A stretch of 38,875 bases of DNA from Tabrizicola sp. (GTDB lineage: Bacteria; Pseudomonadota; Alphaproteobacteria; Rhodobacterales; Rhodobacteraceae): NCBI GenBank assembly GCA_041752895.1, contig JBGSVS010000541.1, positions 1-38,875 on the forward strand, written 5' to 3'. Of this stretch, positions 28,751 to 37,426 are shown piece by piece. Below the pieces are notes generated by a model. It was given only the letters and a program-made list of their open reading frames with translations. It was not told the DNA's origin and did not search any database. How positions within the stretch are numbered: position 1 is the stretch's first letter; every line of letters starts with the position of its first letter. A program made the translations under genes and the position numbers.

Positions 28751-28819
28751 CGGCCGCTTTGGGCGGAAAGCGGACATTCGAGGCGCCCGGATCAAGGCAA
28801 GCAATGGGGCGGAATGGAC
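28751..28819 (+). repeat. Palindromic intergenic repeat (best-preserved copy plus a degenerate tandem copy)
   Basis: CGGCCGCTTT-GGGCGG-AAAGCGGACATT hairpin followed by GGCAAGCAATGGGGCGGAATGGAC; related degenerate copies near 4901, 6409 and 14473. Confidence 0.5.
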
Positions 28820-28911
28820 TTCTCACCATTCCAAACTGTCTCTCGCGCAACAAGCGTTGCAGGATCATCCTATGATGAGGCTGGCTTGAGAAAGCGCCGA
28901 TCTCAACCCGG

Positions 28912-29385
28912 TCAGGACAACAAGTCGGCAGGCGGAGATGCAAGTTCGGCACCGCTTTTCCCATCAATCGTCCGGATGGGCCGCGTGCCGATCCTTGCGC
29001 CAGTTTCCAGATCGACGGCAATCGGCACGATGTCCTTGCAAGTTTCTGCGTCGATGTAGCGGGTCAGGTCTCCCCCGCTCCGATACTGTCTTCCCCAGGC
29101 ACCAAGCATGATCAACACCGGCAGAAAGTCCTGCCCGGCTGGGGTCAGGACGTATTCATCGCGCGGCGGACGCTCCATGTAGCGCCGCTTTTCCAGCAAG
29201 CCCGCTTCCGTCAGCGTCGCCAGCCGGCTGGTCAGCATCGTGGGCGCGATCCCCAGGCTTTTGCGGAACTGGTCAAACCGTGTGAGGCCCAGGAACGCAT
29301 CGCGCAGGATCAGGATGCTCCACGCATCGCCGACGCAAAGCAGGCTGCGGGCGATGGGGCAATGGGCGGCGAGGTCGTCCTTCAT
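28912..29385 (-). CDS. HxlR family winged-helix transcriptional regulator
   Basis: CPIARSL..VGDAWSILILRDAF, RFDQF and EYVLTPAG motifs. Confidence 0.92.
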   Translation of the reverse strand: MKDDLAAHCPIARSLLCVGDAWSILILRDAFLGLTRFDQFRKSLGIAPTMLTSRLATLTEAGLLEKRRYMERPPRDEYVLTPAGQDFLPVLIMLGAWGRQYRSGGDLTRYIDAETCKDIVPIAVDLETGARIGTRPIRTIDGKSGAELASPPADLLS

Positions 29386-29469
29386 GTCCGTATCATTTTC
29401 ATATTGACTAACTACTGTTTTGATATCATATGGGTCGCAGAGACGAACTTCAAGCGAAATGGACAGAAC

Positions 29470-30282
29470 ATGACCCCGTCATCCCACCCTGTTGCCCTGA
29501 TCATCGGTGCCTCATCGGGCATCGGTCGCGCCAGCGCCGTTGCCCTGGCCAAGGTCGGGTATCGGGTCTTCGGCACCAGCCGCAAGCCGATGACCGCCCC
29601 GGCAAACGGCATCACCATGCTGGTCGCGGATGTCACCGACGATGGCTCGGTGCAGGCCCTGATCGCCAGGGTGATGGCCACAACCGGGCGCATCGACCTT
29701 CTTGTCAACAACGCCGGCTACGCGCTGTCTGGAGCGGCCGAGGAAAGCTCGATCGGTCAGGTGCAGGCTCTGTTCGAGACCAACTTCCACGGGGTCGTGC
29801 GCGTGACCAACGCCGTCCTGCCAATCATGCGGGCAGAGGGGGTCGGGCGCATCCTGAACATCGGCTCGGTCGTCGGGCTGATCCCGGGGCCGTTCGGCGC
29901 ATACTATGTTGCCAGCAAACACGCCATCGAGGGCTATTCGGAATCGCTTGACCACGAAGTCCGACCCTTCGGCATCCGCGTCGCGGTGATCGAGCCGTGG
30001 GCGACCAAAACCTCGATCGAAGCGAACTCGCCGCAGGGGGACCGCCCGGTGGCGGCCTATGCCCGGACCATCGCCCGTTACCGGACGGCTTTCGACGCGG
30101 CCATGGCTGCAGGCGACACCGCCGAGGATGTGGCCGCAACCATCGTTACCGCCGCCCGGGACCGAAGCCCTCGCCTGCGCTACCCCTCGGGCAAAGCCTC
30201 GCGGCAGACCTCGTTCGCCCGCCGCTTCCTGCCCCGGTCGATGTTTGACCGGACCCTTCGCAAGCAATTCAATATAGCCTGA
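29470..30282 (+). CDS. Short-chain dehydrogenase/reductase
   Basis: GASSGIG, NNAG, YVASK. Confidence 0.92.
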   Translation: MTPSSHPVALIIGASSGIGRASAVALAKVGYRVFGTSRKPMTAPANGITMLVADVTDDGSVQALIARVMATTGRIDLLVNNAGYALSGAAEESSIGQVQALFETNFHGVVRVTNAVLPIMRAEGVGRILNIGSVVGLIPGPFGAYYVASKHAIEGYSESLDHEVRPFGIRVAVIEPWATKTSIEANSPQGDRPVAAYARTIARYRTAFDAAMAAGDTAEDVAATIVTAARDRSPRLRYPSGKASRQTSFARRFLPRSMFDRTLRKQFNIA

Positions 30283-30285
30283 GGG

Positions 30286-30408
30286 ATGATGATGGCCCGC
30301 CGCATTCCCGGGGCAAAGCTGGTGATCTATCCCGGTGCCGGTCACGGCGGCATCTTCCAGTATCACGCGCCATTCGTGCCGACCGCGCTGGCCTTTCTGG
30401 CCGCCTGA
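30286..30408 (+). pseudogene. C-terminal remnant of an alpha/beta hydrolase
   Basis: MARRIPGAKLVIYPGAGHGGIFQYHAPFVPTALAFLAA*: only the catalytic-His segment survives. Confidence 0.8.
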
Positions 30409-30431
30409 ACGCCCCCTTTCGGAGAAAACCG

Positions 30432-31433
30432 ATTCAAGCCTTCCTTGTCGACACGTATAAGAAGAAGGCCCCGCTGCGGCTGGCCGATGTCCCTGAACCC
30501 ACCCCAAGGGACGACGAGGTTCTGATCCGGATCCACGCCGCTGGAGTCAACGTCCTGGACGTCAAGATCCGCGATGGTGCGTTCAAGCAGATCCTGCCCT
30601 ACAAGCTGCCGCTGGTGCTGGGGCATGACATGGCCGGCACCGTCGTGAAGGTCGGGCCGAACGCCTCGCGCACCAAGGTTGGCGACGAGGTGTTTTCCCG
30701 CGTCGACGACTTCCGGATCGGCACCTTTGCCGAAACCATTGCCGTCAAGGAAACCTCGCTGGCCGCAAAACCGAAGACACTCAGCATGGAAGAGGCAGCC
30801 TCGGTGCCGCTGGTCGCGCTGACGGCTTGGCAGGCACTGGTCGAGGTCGCCAAGCTGCGCGCCGGGCAGAAAGTGTTCATCCAGGCAGGCTCGGGCGGGG
30901 TCGGGACCATCGCGATTCAGCTGGCCAAGCATATCGGGGCCTATGTCGCCACCACCGCCAGCGCGGCAAACGCCGAATGGCTGAAGTCGTTGGGCGCGGA
31001 TCTGGTCATCGATTACAAGACCCAGGACTTTGAAGCCAGTTTGCACGACTATGACGTGGTCCTGCACAGCCAGGACGCCAAGGCGCTGGAAAAGTCGCTG
31101 AACGTCCTGCGGCCCGGCGGCAGGCTGGTGTCGATCACCGGCCCGGCGACGCCGGCCTTCGCTGCACAGATCAAGGCGCCCTGGTTCCTGAAGCCGGTCT
31201 TATGGGCGCTTAGCCGGGGCACCTACAGGAAGGCCCGCAAGCGCAACCTATCCTTCGACTTCCTGTTCATGACCGCGAACGGGACGCAGTTGCAGCAGAT
31301 ATCTGCCCTGATTGACGCGGGCCACATCCGCCCGGTCATCGACCGCGTCTACCCCTTTGCCGAAACCAACGCCGCCGTCGCACATGTTGAAAGCGGCCGC
31401 GCGAAGGGCAAGGTCGTCATCAAGCTGAGGTAG
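30432..31433 (+). CDS. NADP-dependent oxidoreductase (MDR / quinone-reductase-like) with ATT at the start position
   Basis: The frame is open upstream of the called GTG (30615) to ATT at 30432, 7 nt after SD GGAG: IQAFLVDTYKKKAPLRLADVPEP..HAAGVN..GHD; AGSGGVG and GRAKGKVV. Confidence 0.8.
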   Translation: MQAFLVDTYKKKAPLRLADVPEPTPRDDEVLIRIHAAGVNVLDVKIRDGAFKQILPYKLPLVLGHDMAGTVVKVGPNASRTKVGDEVFSRVDDFRIGTFAETIAVKETSLAAKPKTLSMEEAASVPLVALTAWQALVEVAKLRAGQKVFIQAGSGGVGTIAIQLAKHIGAYVATTASAANAEWLKSLGADLVIDYKTQDFEASLHDYDVVLHSQDAKALEKSLNVLRPGGRLVSITGPATPAFAAQIKAPWFLKPVLWALSRGTYRKARKRNLSFDFLFMTANGTQLQQISALIDAGHIRPVIDRVYPFAETNAAVAHVESGRAKGKVVIKLR

Positions 31434-31502
31434 TCTCTGTTCCATGGCTTCCGCGCCAGGATGGCCCGGCAGCCGCAGGCGCGAGAAGATCAGCTGGAGA
31501 GA

Positions 31503-31529
31503 GGGCCGCGCACAAGCAGCGCGCGGCCC
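31503..31529. terminator. Hairpin between convergent genes
   Basis: GGGCCGCGC...GCGCGGCCC, 9-bp inverted repeat just downstream of the TRAP SBP stop. Confidence 0.55.
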
Positions 31530-31538
31530 CGATGGCCA

Positions 31539-32627
31539 TCAACGATAGGGATAGCCCGCCTTGTCCATCGTGTCGGCGTATTTCTTGAACGCCTCCACGA
31601 CCTTGGCCGAGCGTGGCGAAGAGGCGGCGACTTCGTCCCAGAAGACCTTGCTGTCGGCCAGAACGGTTGCCCATTCTTCGGCCGGCAGCGAGGTCAGTTC
31701 CATCTTCTCGCCCTCGACGCGCAGTTTGGCCTCACCGCCCCAGTACCAGACGTTGCGGTAATAGTGCGACTGGTCGATGGTGATGCGGAACAATTCCTGC
31801 AGATGCGGCGGCACTTTGGCCCAGCTGGCCGTGTTGGCAAAGTAGCTGCCGAACCAGGCCCCGGTGACCGAGTTCGTCAGTGCGTATTTGCAGACATCGG
31901 CCCAGCCCACTTCATAGGCCTCGGTAAAGCCGCACCAGGCGACGCCGTCGATCTCACCGGTTTGCATGGCAACTTCGACGTTGTCCCACGGAATCGTCAC
32001 CGGGATCAGGCCATATTTCGCCAGGAACTTGCCAGCGGTCGGCACGCCGAAGACGCGCAGGCCGTTCATGTCGGCCAGGGACCGGATCGGCTTGTCCACG
32101 GTGAAGATGTGCAGTGGGTCCCAGGCTCCGGCCGAAAGCCAGGTCACGCCCTCGACTTCGCCATAAGCCTCTTCCCAGATTTCCTTCAGCCCGTAATAGC
32201 GGAACATCGCCGCCACATCGAGGCTGAAGCGCGTGGCGAAGGGGAAGTAGCCCCCGAAGACCGAGATGTCGACCGGCGAAGCCATCGTCGCCTCATCCGA
32301 CTGCACGGCGTCCAGCGTGCCGTTCTGCAGCGCGCGGAACAGGTCGGCGGTGGGGACCAGTTGGTCGGCGTAATAGAGTTCGATCTCCATCTCGCCATTG
32401 GCGGCGGCGTTGAAAGCGTCGATCTGCGGCTTGATCACATGGGCACCCAGCGGTGCACCGGAATAGGTCTGCAAGCGCCACTTGATCGGTGCGCTTTGGG
32501 CATTGACATAGGGTGCCGCCAGCGTCGCACCCGCTACGGCACCGGCCCCCACGACCGATTGGCGAAGGAATTTGCGCCGTGAGGCAAGGATCGCCTCGGA
32601 CGGGCTTTGTGGTTTCTTGTCGGTCAT
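31539..32627 (-). CDS. dctP: TRAP transporter substrate-binding protein with Tat signal
   Basis: SRRKFL twin-arginine signal, KWRLQT, PIRSLADMNGLR, MQTGEIDG. Confidence 0.9.
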   Translation of the reverse strand: MTDKKPQSPSEAILASRRKFLRQSVVGAGAVAGATLAAPYVNAQSAPIKWRLQTYSGAPLGAHVIKPQIDAFNAAANGEMEIELYYADQLVPTADLFRALQNGTLDAVQSDEATMASPVDISVFGGYFPFATRFSLDVAAMFRYYGLKEIWEEAYGEVEGVTWLSAGAWDPLHIFTVDKPIRSLADMNGLRVFGVPTAGKFLAKYGLIPVTIPWDNVEVAMQTGEIDGVAWCGFTEAYEVGWADVCKYALTNSVTGAWFGSYFANTASWAKVPPHLQELFRITIDQSHYYRNVWYWGGEAKLRVEGEKMELTSLPAEEWATVLADSKVFWDEVAASSPRSAKVVEAFKKYADTMDKAGYPYR

Positions 32628-32678
32628 CGTCGTCTCCTTGTTGCTATGGGCTTCTTTGGCCCTCTGGTGGTTGGTGGT

Positions 32679-34016
32679 TCAGCCCCTGACATTGATCTGT
32701 TCGGGCAGCCACAATGCGATCTGCGGGAACAGCATAAGCAGGATGATCGTCAGCATCATCATTGCCGCAAAGGGCCAGATGGATCGGTAGATATCGCCCA
32801 ACGAGATCTCACTTGGGGCAAGTGATCGCATGAGAAACAGGTTATAACCGAAGGGGGGCGTAATGTAGGCGATCTGGCAAGTGATCGTGTAAAGGACGCC
32901 ATACCAGATCAGCTGGTTGTCGAACCCAAGGTCAAGGCTGGCGACCAGCGGGATGTAAAGCGGTGCCACGATCACCAGCATCGCGGTGTCATCAAGGAAC
33001 ATGCCGAGAAGCAGGAAGCTTAGCTGCATCATGATGATGATCATCCAGGGGCTCAGCTGCCACTGGCCGATGAACAGGCTCTCGATCGCCTTCACCGCAC
33101 CAAGGCCGTCGAAGACCGCACCGAAGGCCAGAGCGGCCAGGATCAGCCACATGAACATGCAGGACACCGCCAGCGTCTTCATCGAGGTCTCGCGGATCAG
33201 CCGCCAGGAGAAGCGCCCTTTCAACACCGCAGCCAGCGTAGCGCAGGTCGCGCCCACGGCCGAGCTTTCCACAAGACTGGTAAAGCCGAAGACGAAAAGC
33301 CCGGTCATGAAGAAGAAGATCACGAAGGGGATGATCCCGGCCTTGGCCAAGGCCAGCTTTTCGGCGAAGGGCATGTTCAACTCTTCCTCCGGCACCGGCG
33401 GGGCAAGCTTGGGGTTCAGCTTGGCGCGGATCACGATGTAGATGATGAACATCGTGGCCATCAAAAGGCCCGGCATCAGGCCCGCGAACCACAGCTTGGA
33501 CACCGGTTGCCGCGCGATCATTCCGTAAAGCACAAGGACGACAGACGGCGGGATCAGAATGCCCAGCGAAGAACCACCTTGCACCACGCCCGAGATCAGC
33601 ACCTTGTCATAGCCGCGCCGCAGCATCTCGGGCAGGGCAATGGTCGCCCCGATGGCCATGCCCGCCACCGACAGACCGTTCATGGCCGAAATGATGACCA
33701 TCACCAGGATCGTGCCTACGGCCAGTCCGCCAGGAACGCGGCCGACCCAGACATGCATCATCTTGTAGAGGTCTTCGGCAATCCCGCTCTCGGCCAGGAT
33801 GTAGCCCATGTAGATGAACATGGGCAGCGTCAGCATGGCGTACCAGTTGAACAGCTTGAACACCTGATTGTAGGGCAACTCGATCGCCCCGTTGCCGTAA
33901 AGCAGCAGCGCCGCTCCGGCTGCGACAAAGCCGATGGCCGCAAAGACACGCTGGCCTGTGACCAGCAAGAGCGCCATCGAGGCGAACATCAGAAGCGCAA
34001 TCATCTCGTAGGACAT
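32679..34016 (-). CDS. dctM: TRAP transporter large permease
   Basis: LPMFIYMG, SLGILIPPS, ITPPFG; TGATG overlap with dctQ. Confidence 0.93.
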   Translation of the reverse strand: MSYEMIALLMFASMALLLVTGQRVFAAIGFVAAGAALLLYGNGAIELPYNQVFKLFNWYAMLTLPMFIYMGYILAESGIAEDLYKMMHVWVGRVPGGLAVGTILVMVIISAMNGLSVAGMAIGATIALPEMLRRGYDKVLISGVVQGGSSLGILIPPSVVLVLYGMIARQPVSKLWFAGLMPGLLMATMFIIYIVIRAKLNPKLAPPVPEEELNMPFAEKLALAKAGIIPFVIFFFMTGLFVFGFTSLVESSAVGATCATLAAVLKGRFSWRLIRETSMKTLAVSCMFMWLILAALAFGAVFDGLGAVKAIESLFIGQWQLSPWMIIIMMQLSFLLLGMFLDDTAMLVIVAPLYIPLVASLDLGFDNQLIWYGVLYTITCQIAYITPPFGYNLFLMRSLAPSEISLGDIYRSIWPFAAMMMLTIILLMLFPQIALWLPEQINVRG

Positions 34017-34525
34017 CAGAAGCGCTCCCCGCGCAGGGTCGCGACATGCTTGAAGACCAGCGCAAAGGCCTGAAGCAGCATCAGCACCAGACAGACCGTC
34101 AACAGCGCCTTGATCGGAATGACCGAGGGGTTCCACATCGAGAACCGCTTTTCATTCGTCTCGATGGCGTATTGCAGCGACGAGATCGACCCGACAAGCA
34201 TCACGCCAAGGTAGAAGATCATGCACCAGACCGTGACAAGGTCCAGCTTCGCTTTGCCCCGGTCCGACAGGTTCGCATACCAAAGGTCCATGCGGACATG
34301 GCTGTTGTTCTTCATCGTGATAGGCCCGCCCATGAAGTAGTAGGCGGCTAGCGTGAACTGGGTGAACTCGATTGCCCAATGGATCGGGATGTTCAGCACA
34401 TTGCGCGTGACGGCATCAAGCAGCAGTATTGCCCCCATCACGAAAATCAGCGCGGCAGCCAGATAGCCGACATAGTCTGAGGTCTTGTCAACGATGCGCA
34501 CATAGGCGCGGATCAAGCCTGGCAT
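34016..34525 (-). CDS. dctQ: TRAP transporter small permease
   Basis: Four hydrophobic segments, WAIEF and HVRMD motifs. Confidence 0.9.
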   Translation of the reverse strand: MPGLIRAYVRIVDKTSDYVGYLAAALIFVMGAILLLDAVTRNVLNIPIHWAIEFTQFTLAAYYFMGGPITMKNNSHVRMDLWYANLSDRGKAKLDLVTVWCMIFYLGVMLVGSISSLQYAIETNEKRFSMWNPSVIPIKALLTVCLVLMLLQAFALVFKHVATLRGERF

Positions 34526-34808
34526 GAAGTCCCCGGCCGAAACGGCAACTTGCGGTCCATATGTCCACTCCCCTGGCTTTCGGCGCCTCTTTGGGCGCCT
34601 TCTAGAAATTCCGCCTCACCCTTGCCGATGGCCTTGGTCAGAAACCGGCGTTCGGGTGTGGTCACGTCCAAACCTACCCGACCGACTCAACCGGCGAAGG
34701 TCAATAGAAATGCTGACCGCACGGTAAAATTCTGTCACGCGCAGTCGCTGCAAGCTTGACGAAGGGGATCCTGTGCTCAAAGTCTCCTGAAGGACTTGGG
34801 GTGGGCCG

Positions 34809-36206
34809 ATGAACTCCGCGGAACAGGAAGGCAGAGCCACGGCATTTGACGTGGCTGTTGTCGGTGCCGGAGTGGTCGGCTGCGCGTTGGCGCGGGCCTT
34901 CACGCTGGCAGGCGCAAAGGTCGTTGTGCTGGAAAAGGCCGTCGACGTGCTGGACGGCGCCTCAAAGGGCAACAGCGCGATCCTGCACACCGGGTTTGAT
35001 GCGCCCGAAGGATCGGTGGAACTTGACTGCATCCGCGAGGGCTATGCTCTTTATAACGATGTCCGCGAAGGACTTGGCCTGCCAATGATCCGGGCCGGGG
35101 CCATGGTTCTGGCATGGTCTGAAGAAGAGGAAGCGGTACTTCCAGCGCTGATCGATCAGGCGATAGCCAATCGGGTCACCGACGTGCAGCCGCTGTCGGG
35201 CGCTGAGGCGCGCTCGCTGGAACCCGCACTTTCGCCGAACGTCCGCGCCGGATTCCGTGTGCCGGGCGAACACCTGATCGACCCCTGGTCGGCCGCACAC
35301 GGCTATCTGCTGCAGGCACTGGCCAACGGCGCTGTCCTGATGCGCGAGGCCGAAGTGCTCGCCGGACGACGCGCGGGCGATCGCTGGCACTTGGCGACCA
35401 GGGCAGGGGAGGTCTCGGCCGACCTGGTGATCAACGCGGCAGGCCTTTGGGGCGATGAGGTTGACCGTCGAGTGACCGGGGAAAGCTGGTTCACAATCAA
35501 GCCGCGCAAGGGTCAGTTCGTCGTCTATGACAAGACCGCCGCCGCATTGGCGGGCCATATCCTGCTGCCGGTGCCAACTCAGATCACGAAGGGCGTCGTG
35601 GTGTGCCGCACCGCTTTCGGCAATCTTCTCGTCGGCCCGACTGCCGAGGAACAGGACAACCGCGAACACGCGACGGTCGAGCGGGCAACCTTGCAGGGCC
35701 TGATGCGGCGGGGAGAGGAAATCCTTCCGGCTTTGGCGGGGCATGAGGTCACGGCGGTCTATGCGGGTCTGCGACCGGCGACCGAAGCGAAAGAGTACCG
35801 CATTCGCACCGATCTCGCGCCGGGCTACATATGTGTCGGCGGCATCCGCTCTACGGGCCTTTCAGCAGCCCTTGGCATCGCCGCCCATGTCCTGCGGCTG
35901 GCGGGGCGCAATGATACACCGCTGGCCAAGCCGACCTGGCCCAAGATGCCCAATATCTCGATCAACGGCCTGCGCGACTGGCAATGCCCAGGGCATGGCG
36001 GCGTGGTCTGCCACTGCGAACTGGTCACCCGGCGCGAGGTCGAGGCGGCGCTGACCGGCCCCCTGGCCGCAGGCAGTCTGGCGGGACTGAAGCGGCGGAC
36101 GCGGGTTACTATGGGGCGTTGCCAGGGCTTTTACTGCTCGGCCGAGCTGGCGCGGCTGACCGAGGGGCGTCTGATCCAGCCGATGCTGGGGCCCGCAGAT
36201 GACTGA
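34809..36206 (+). CDS. FAD-dependent oxidoreductase with C-terminal BFD-like [2Fe-2S] domain (GlpA/LhgO-like)
   Basis: VVGAGVVG, ASKGNSAILHTG, INAAG, GIRSTGLS; CHCE...GRCQGFYC. Confidence 0.88.
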   Translation: MNSAEQEGRATAFDVAVVGAGVVGCALARAFTLAGAKVVVLEKAVDVLDGASKGNSAILHTGFDAPEGSVELDCIREGYALYNDVREGLGLPMIRAGAMVLAWSEEEEAVLPALIDQAIANRVTDVQPLSGAEARSLEPALSPNVRAGFRVPGEHLIDPWSAAHGYLLQALANGAVLMREAEVLAGRRAGDRWHLATRAGEVSADLVINAAGLWGDEVDRRVTGESWFTIKPRKGQFVVYDKTAAALAGHILLPVPTQITKGVVVCRTAFGNLLVGPTAEEQDNREHATVERATLQGLMRRGEEILPALAGHEVTAVYAGLRPATEAKEYRIRTDLAPGYICVGGIRSTGLSAALGIAAHVLRLAGRNDTPLAKPTWPKMPNISINGLRDWQCPGHGGVVCHCELVTRREVEAALTGPLAAGSLAGLKRRTRVTMGRCQGFYCSAELARLTEGRLIQPMLGPADD

Positions 36207-36225
36207 GCCCGCAAATGACTGAGCC
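36191..36225 (+). repeat. 16-bp tandem duplication of the gene junction
   Basis: GCCCGCAGATGACTGA / GCCCGCAAATGACTGA / GCC, one mismatch. Confidence 0.85.
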
Positions 36226-37426
36226 AGAGGTCATCGTCATCGGGAGCGGACCTGCAGGCCTTTCGGCGGCCACCGAACTGGCCCGGGCCGGGCGGCGCGT
36301 TCTGGTGCTTGAGCGTGAACCGGAGGCGGGCGGCATCCCGCGCCACTGCGGCCATTATCCCTTCGGCATGCGCGAGTTTCACCGCCTGCTGCGTGGTCCG
36401 GACTATGCCGAGCGCCTGGCGCAGGCCGCGCTTGCAGCGGGCGTAACGATCCGGACGCGGACCACCGTTGCCGCGCTTCTGCCCGGGGGCACTGTCGAGA
36501 TCACCGACGATTCTGGCCCCTCGACCCTGACCGCAAAGGCAGTCCTGCTGGCCACCGGGGTCCGCGAGACAAGCCGTGCAGCCCGCCTGATTGGCGGGGA
36601 AAAGCCCGCTGGCGTGCTGTCAACCGGGGCCTTGCAGGGGATTGTCCACCTCAACCACCAGCAGCCCTTTCGCCAACCCGTGATCCTTGGCACCGAGATG
36701 GTCGCCTTTTCGGCGCTGCTGACCTGCCGCCATGCCGGGATCAAACCCTTGGCAATGATCGAGCCGGGGCCGCGCATCACGGCGCGCAAGCCGGTCCATT
36801 GGCTGGCCATGGTCATGGGGGTCCCGATCCACCTGAACAGCGACATCACAGCAATCCATGGCAGGACGCGCGTTGGTGGCGTGACGATGGCAACGCCAGG
36901 TGGCCCAAAGGAACTGGCTGCGGATGGCGTCATCATCTCTGGCAAGTTCCGCCCCGATGCAGCCCTTTTGCGCGGCAGCCATCTGCAGGTGGACGAAGGC
37001 TCGGGTGGGCCGGTCATCGACCGCTGGGGCCGACTGTCCGACCCCGCCTATTTTGCAGCCGGAAACCTGTTGCGCGGGGTCGAAACCGCCGGTTGGTGCT
37101 GGTCGGAAGGACGGCGCACGGCCCAGGCAATGCTGGCCGCGCTAGAAGGTCGCCTGCCTGCTCCCAAAGGCGCAAGGATCAGTCTCGACCACCCTGCCCT
37201 GCAGCTTTCGGTGCCGCAGGTCATCAGCGTCGGGCCGGACGGCCTGCATGACTGCCTGCAGATCCGCCTGCGGGCCCCGGCAAGGGGCCATTTGCGCCTG
37301 ATGCAGGACGGGCGTGTCCTTGCCTCCGCCCGGATCGACAGCCTGCCCGAACGCCGCTTGTCGCTGCCGATCCCGCGCGCGCTTGGAGCTGGCCCCCTGA
37401 CCCTGACCATCGCAGAGCAGCCATGA
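36215..37426 (+). CDS. NAD(P)/FAD-dependent oxidoreductase (pyridine nucleotide-disulphide family)
   Basis: IGSGPAGL, GGIPRHCGH, LATGVRE, FAAGN. Confidence 0.88.
   Translation: MTEPEVIVIGSGPAGLSAATELARAGRRVLVLEREPEAGGIPRHCGHYPFGMREFHRLLRGPDYAERLAQAALAAGVTIRTRTTVAALLPGGTVEITDDSGPSTLTAKAVLLATGVRETSRAARLIGGEKPAGVLSTGALQGIVHLNHQQPFRQPVILGTEMVAFSALLTCRHAGIKPLAMIEPGPRITARKPVHWLAMVMGVPIHLNSDITAIHGRTRVGGVTMATPGGPKELAADGVIISGKFRPDAALLRGSHLQVDEGSGGPVIDRWGRLSDPAYFAAGNLLRGVETAGWCWSEGRRTAQAMLAALEGRLPAPKGARISLDHPALQLSVPQVISVGPDGLHDCLQIRLRAPARGHLRLMQDGRVLASARIDSLPERRLSLPIPRALGAGPLTLTIAEQP

Noticed and set aside
31461-32582. 373-aa plus-strand ORF and similar long overlapping ORFs elsewhere (e.g. 19399-20553, 29512-30507, 37142-38146)
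   Set aside because: Antisense shadows of well-supported genes
34565-34700. Riboswitch (guanidine-I or glycine) or ANTAR dual hairpin in the TRAP leader
   Set aside because: Only short fragments match (GAAAGCCAGGGGAG, one hairpin with a CAAAGA loop); the core consensus elements and second hairpin are missing
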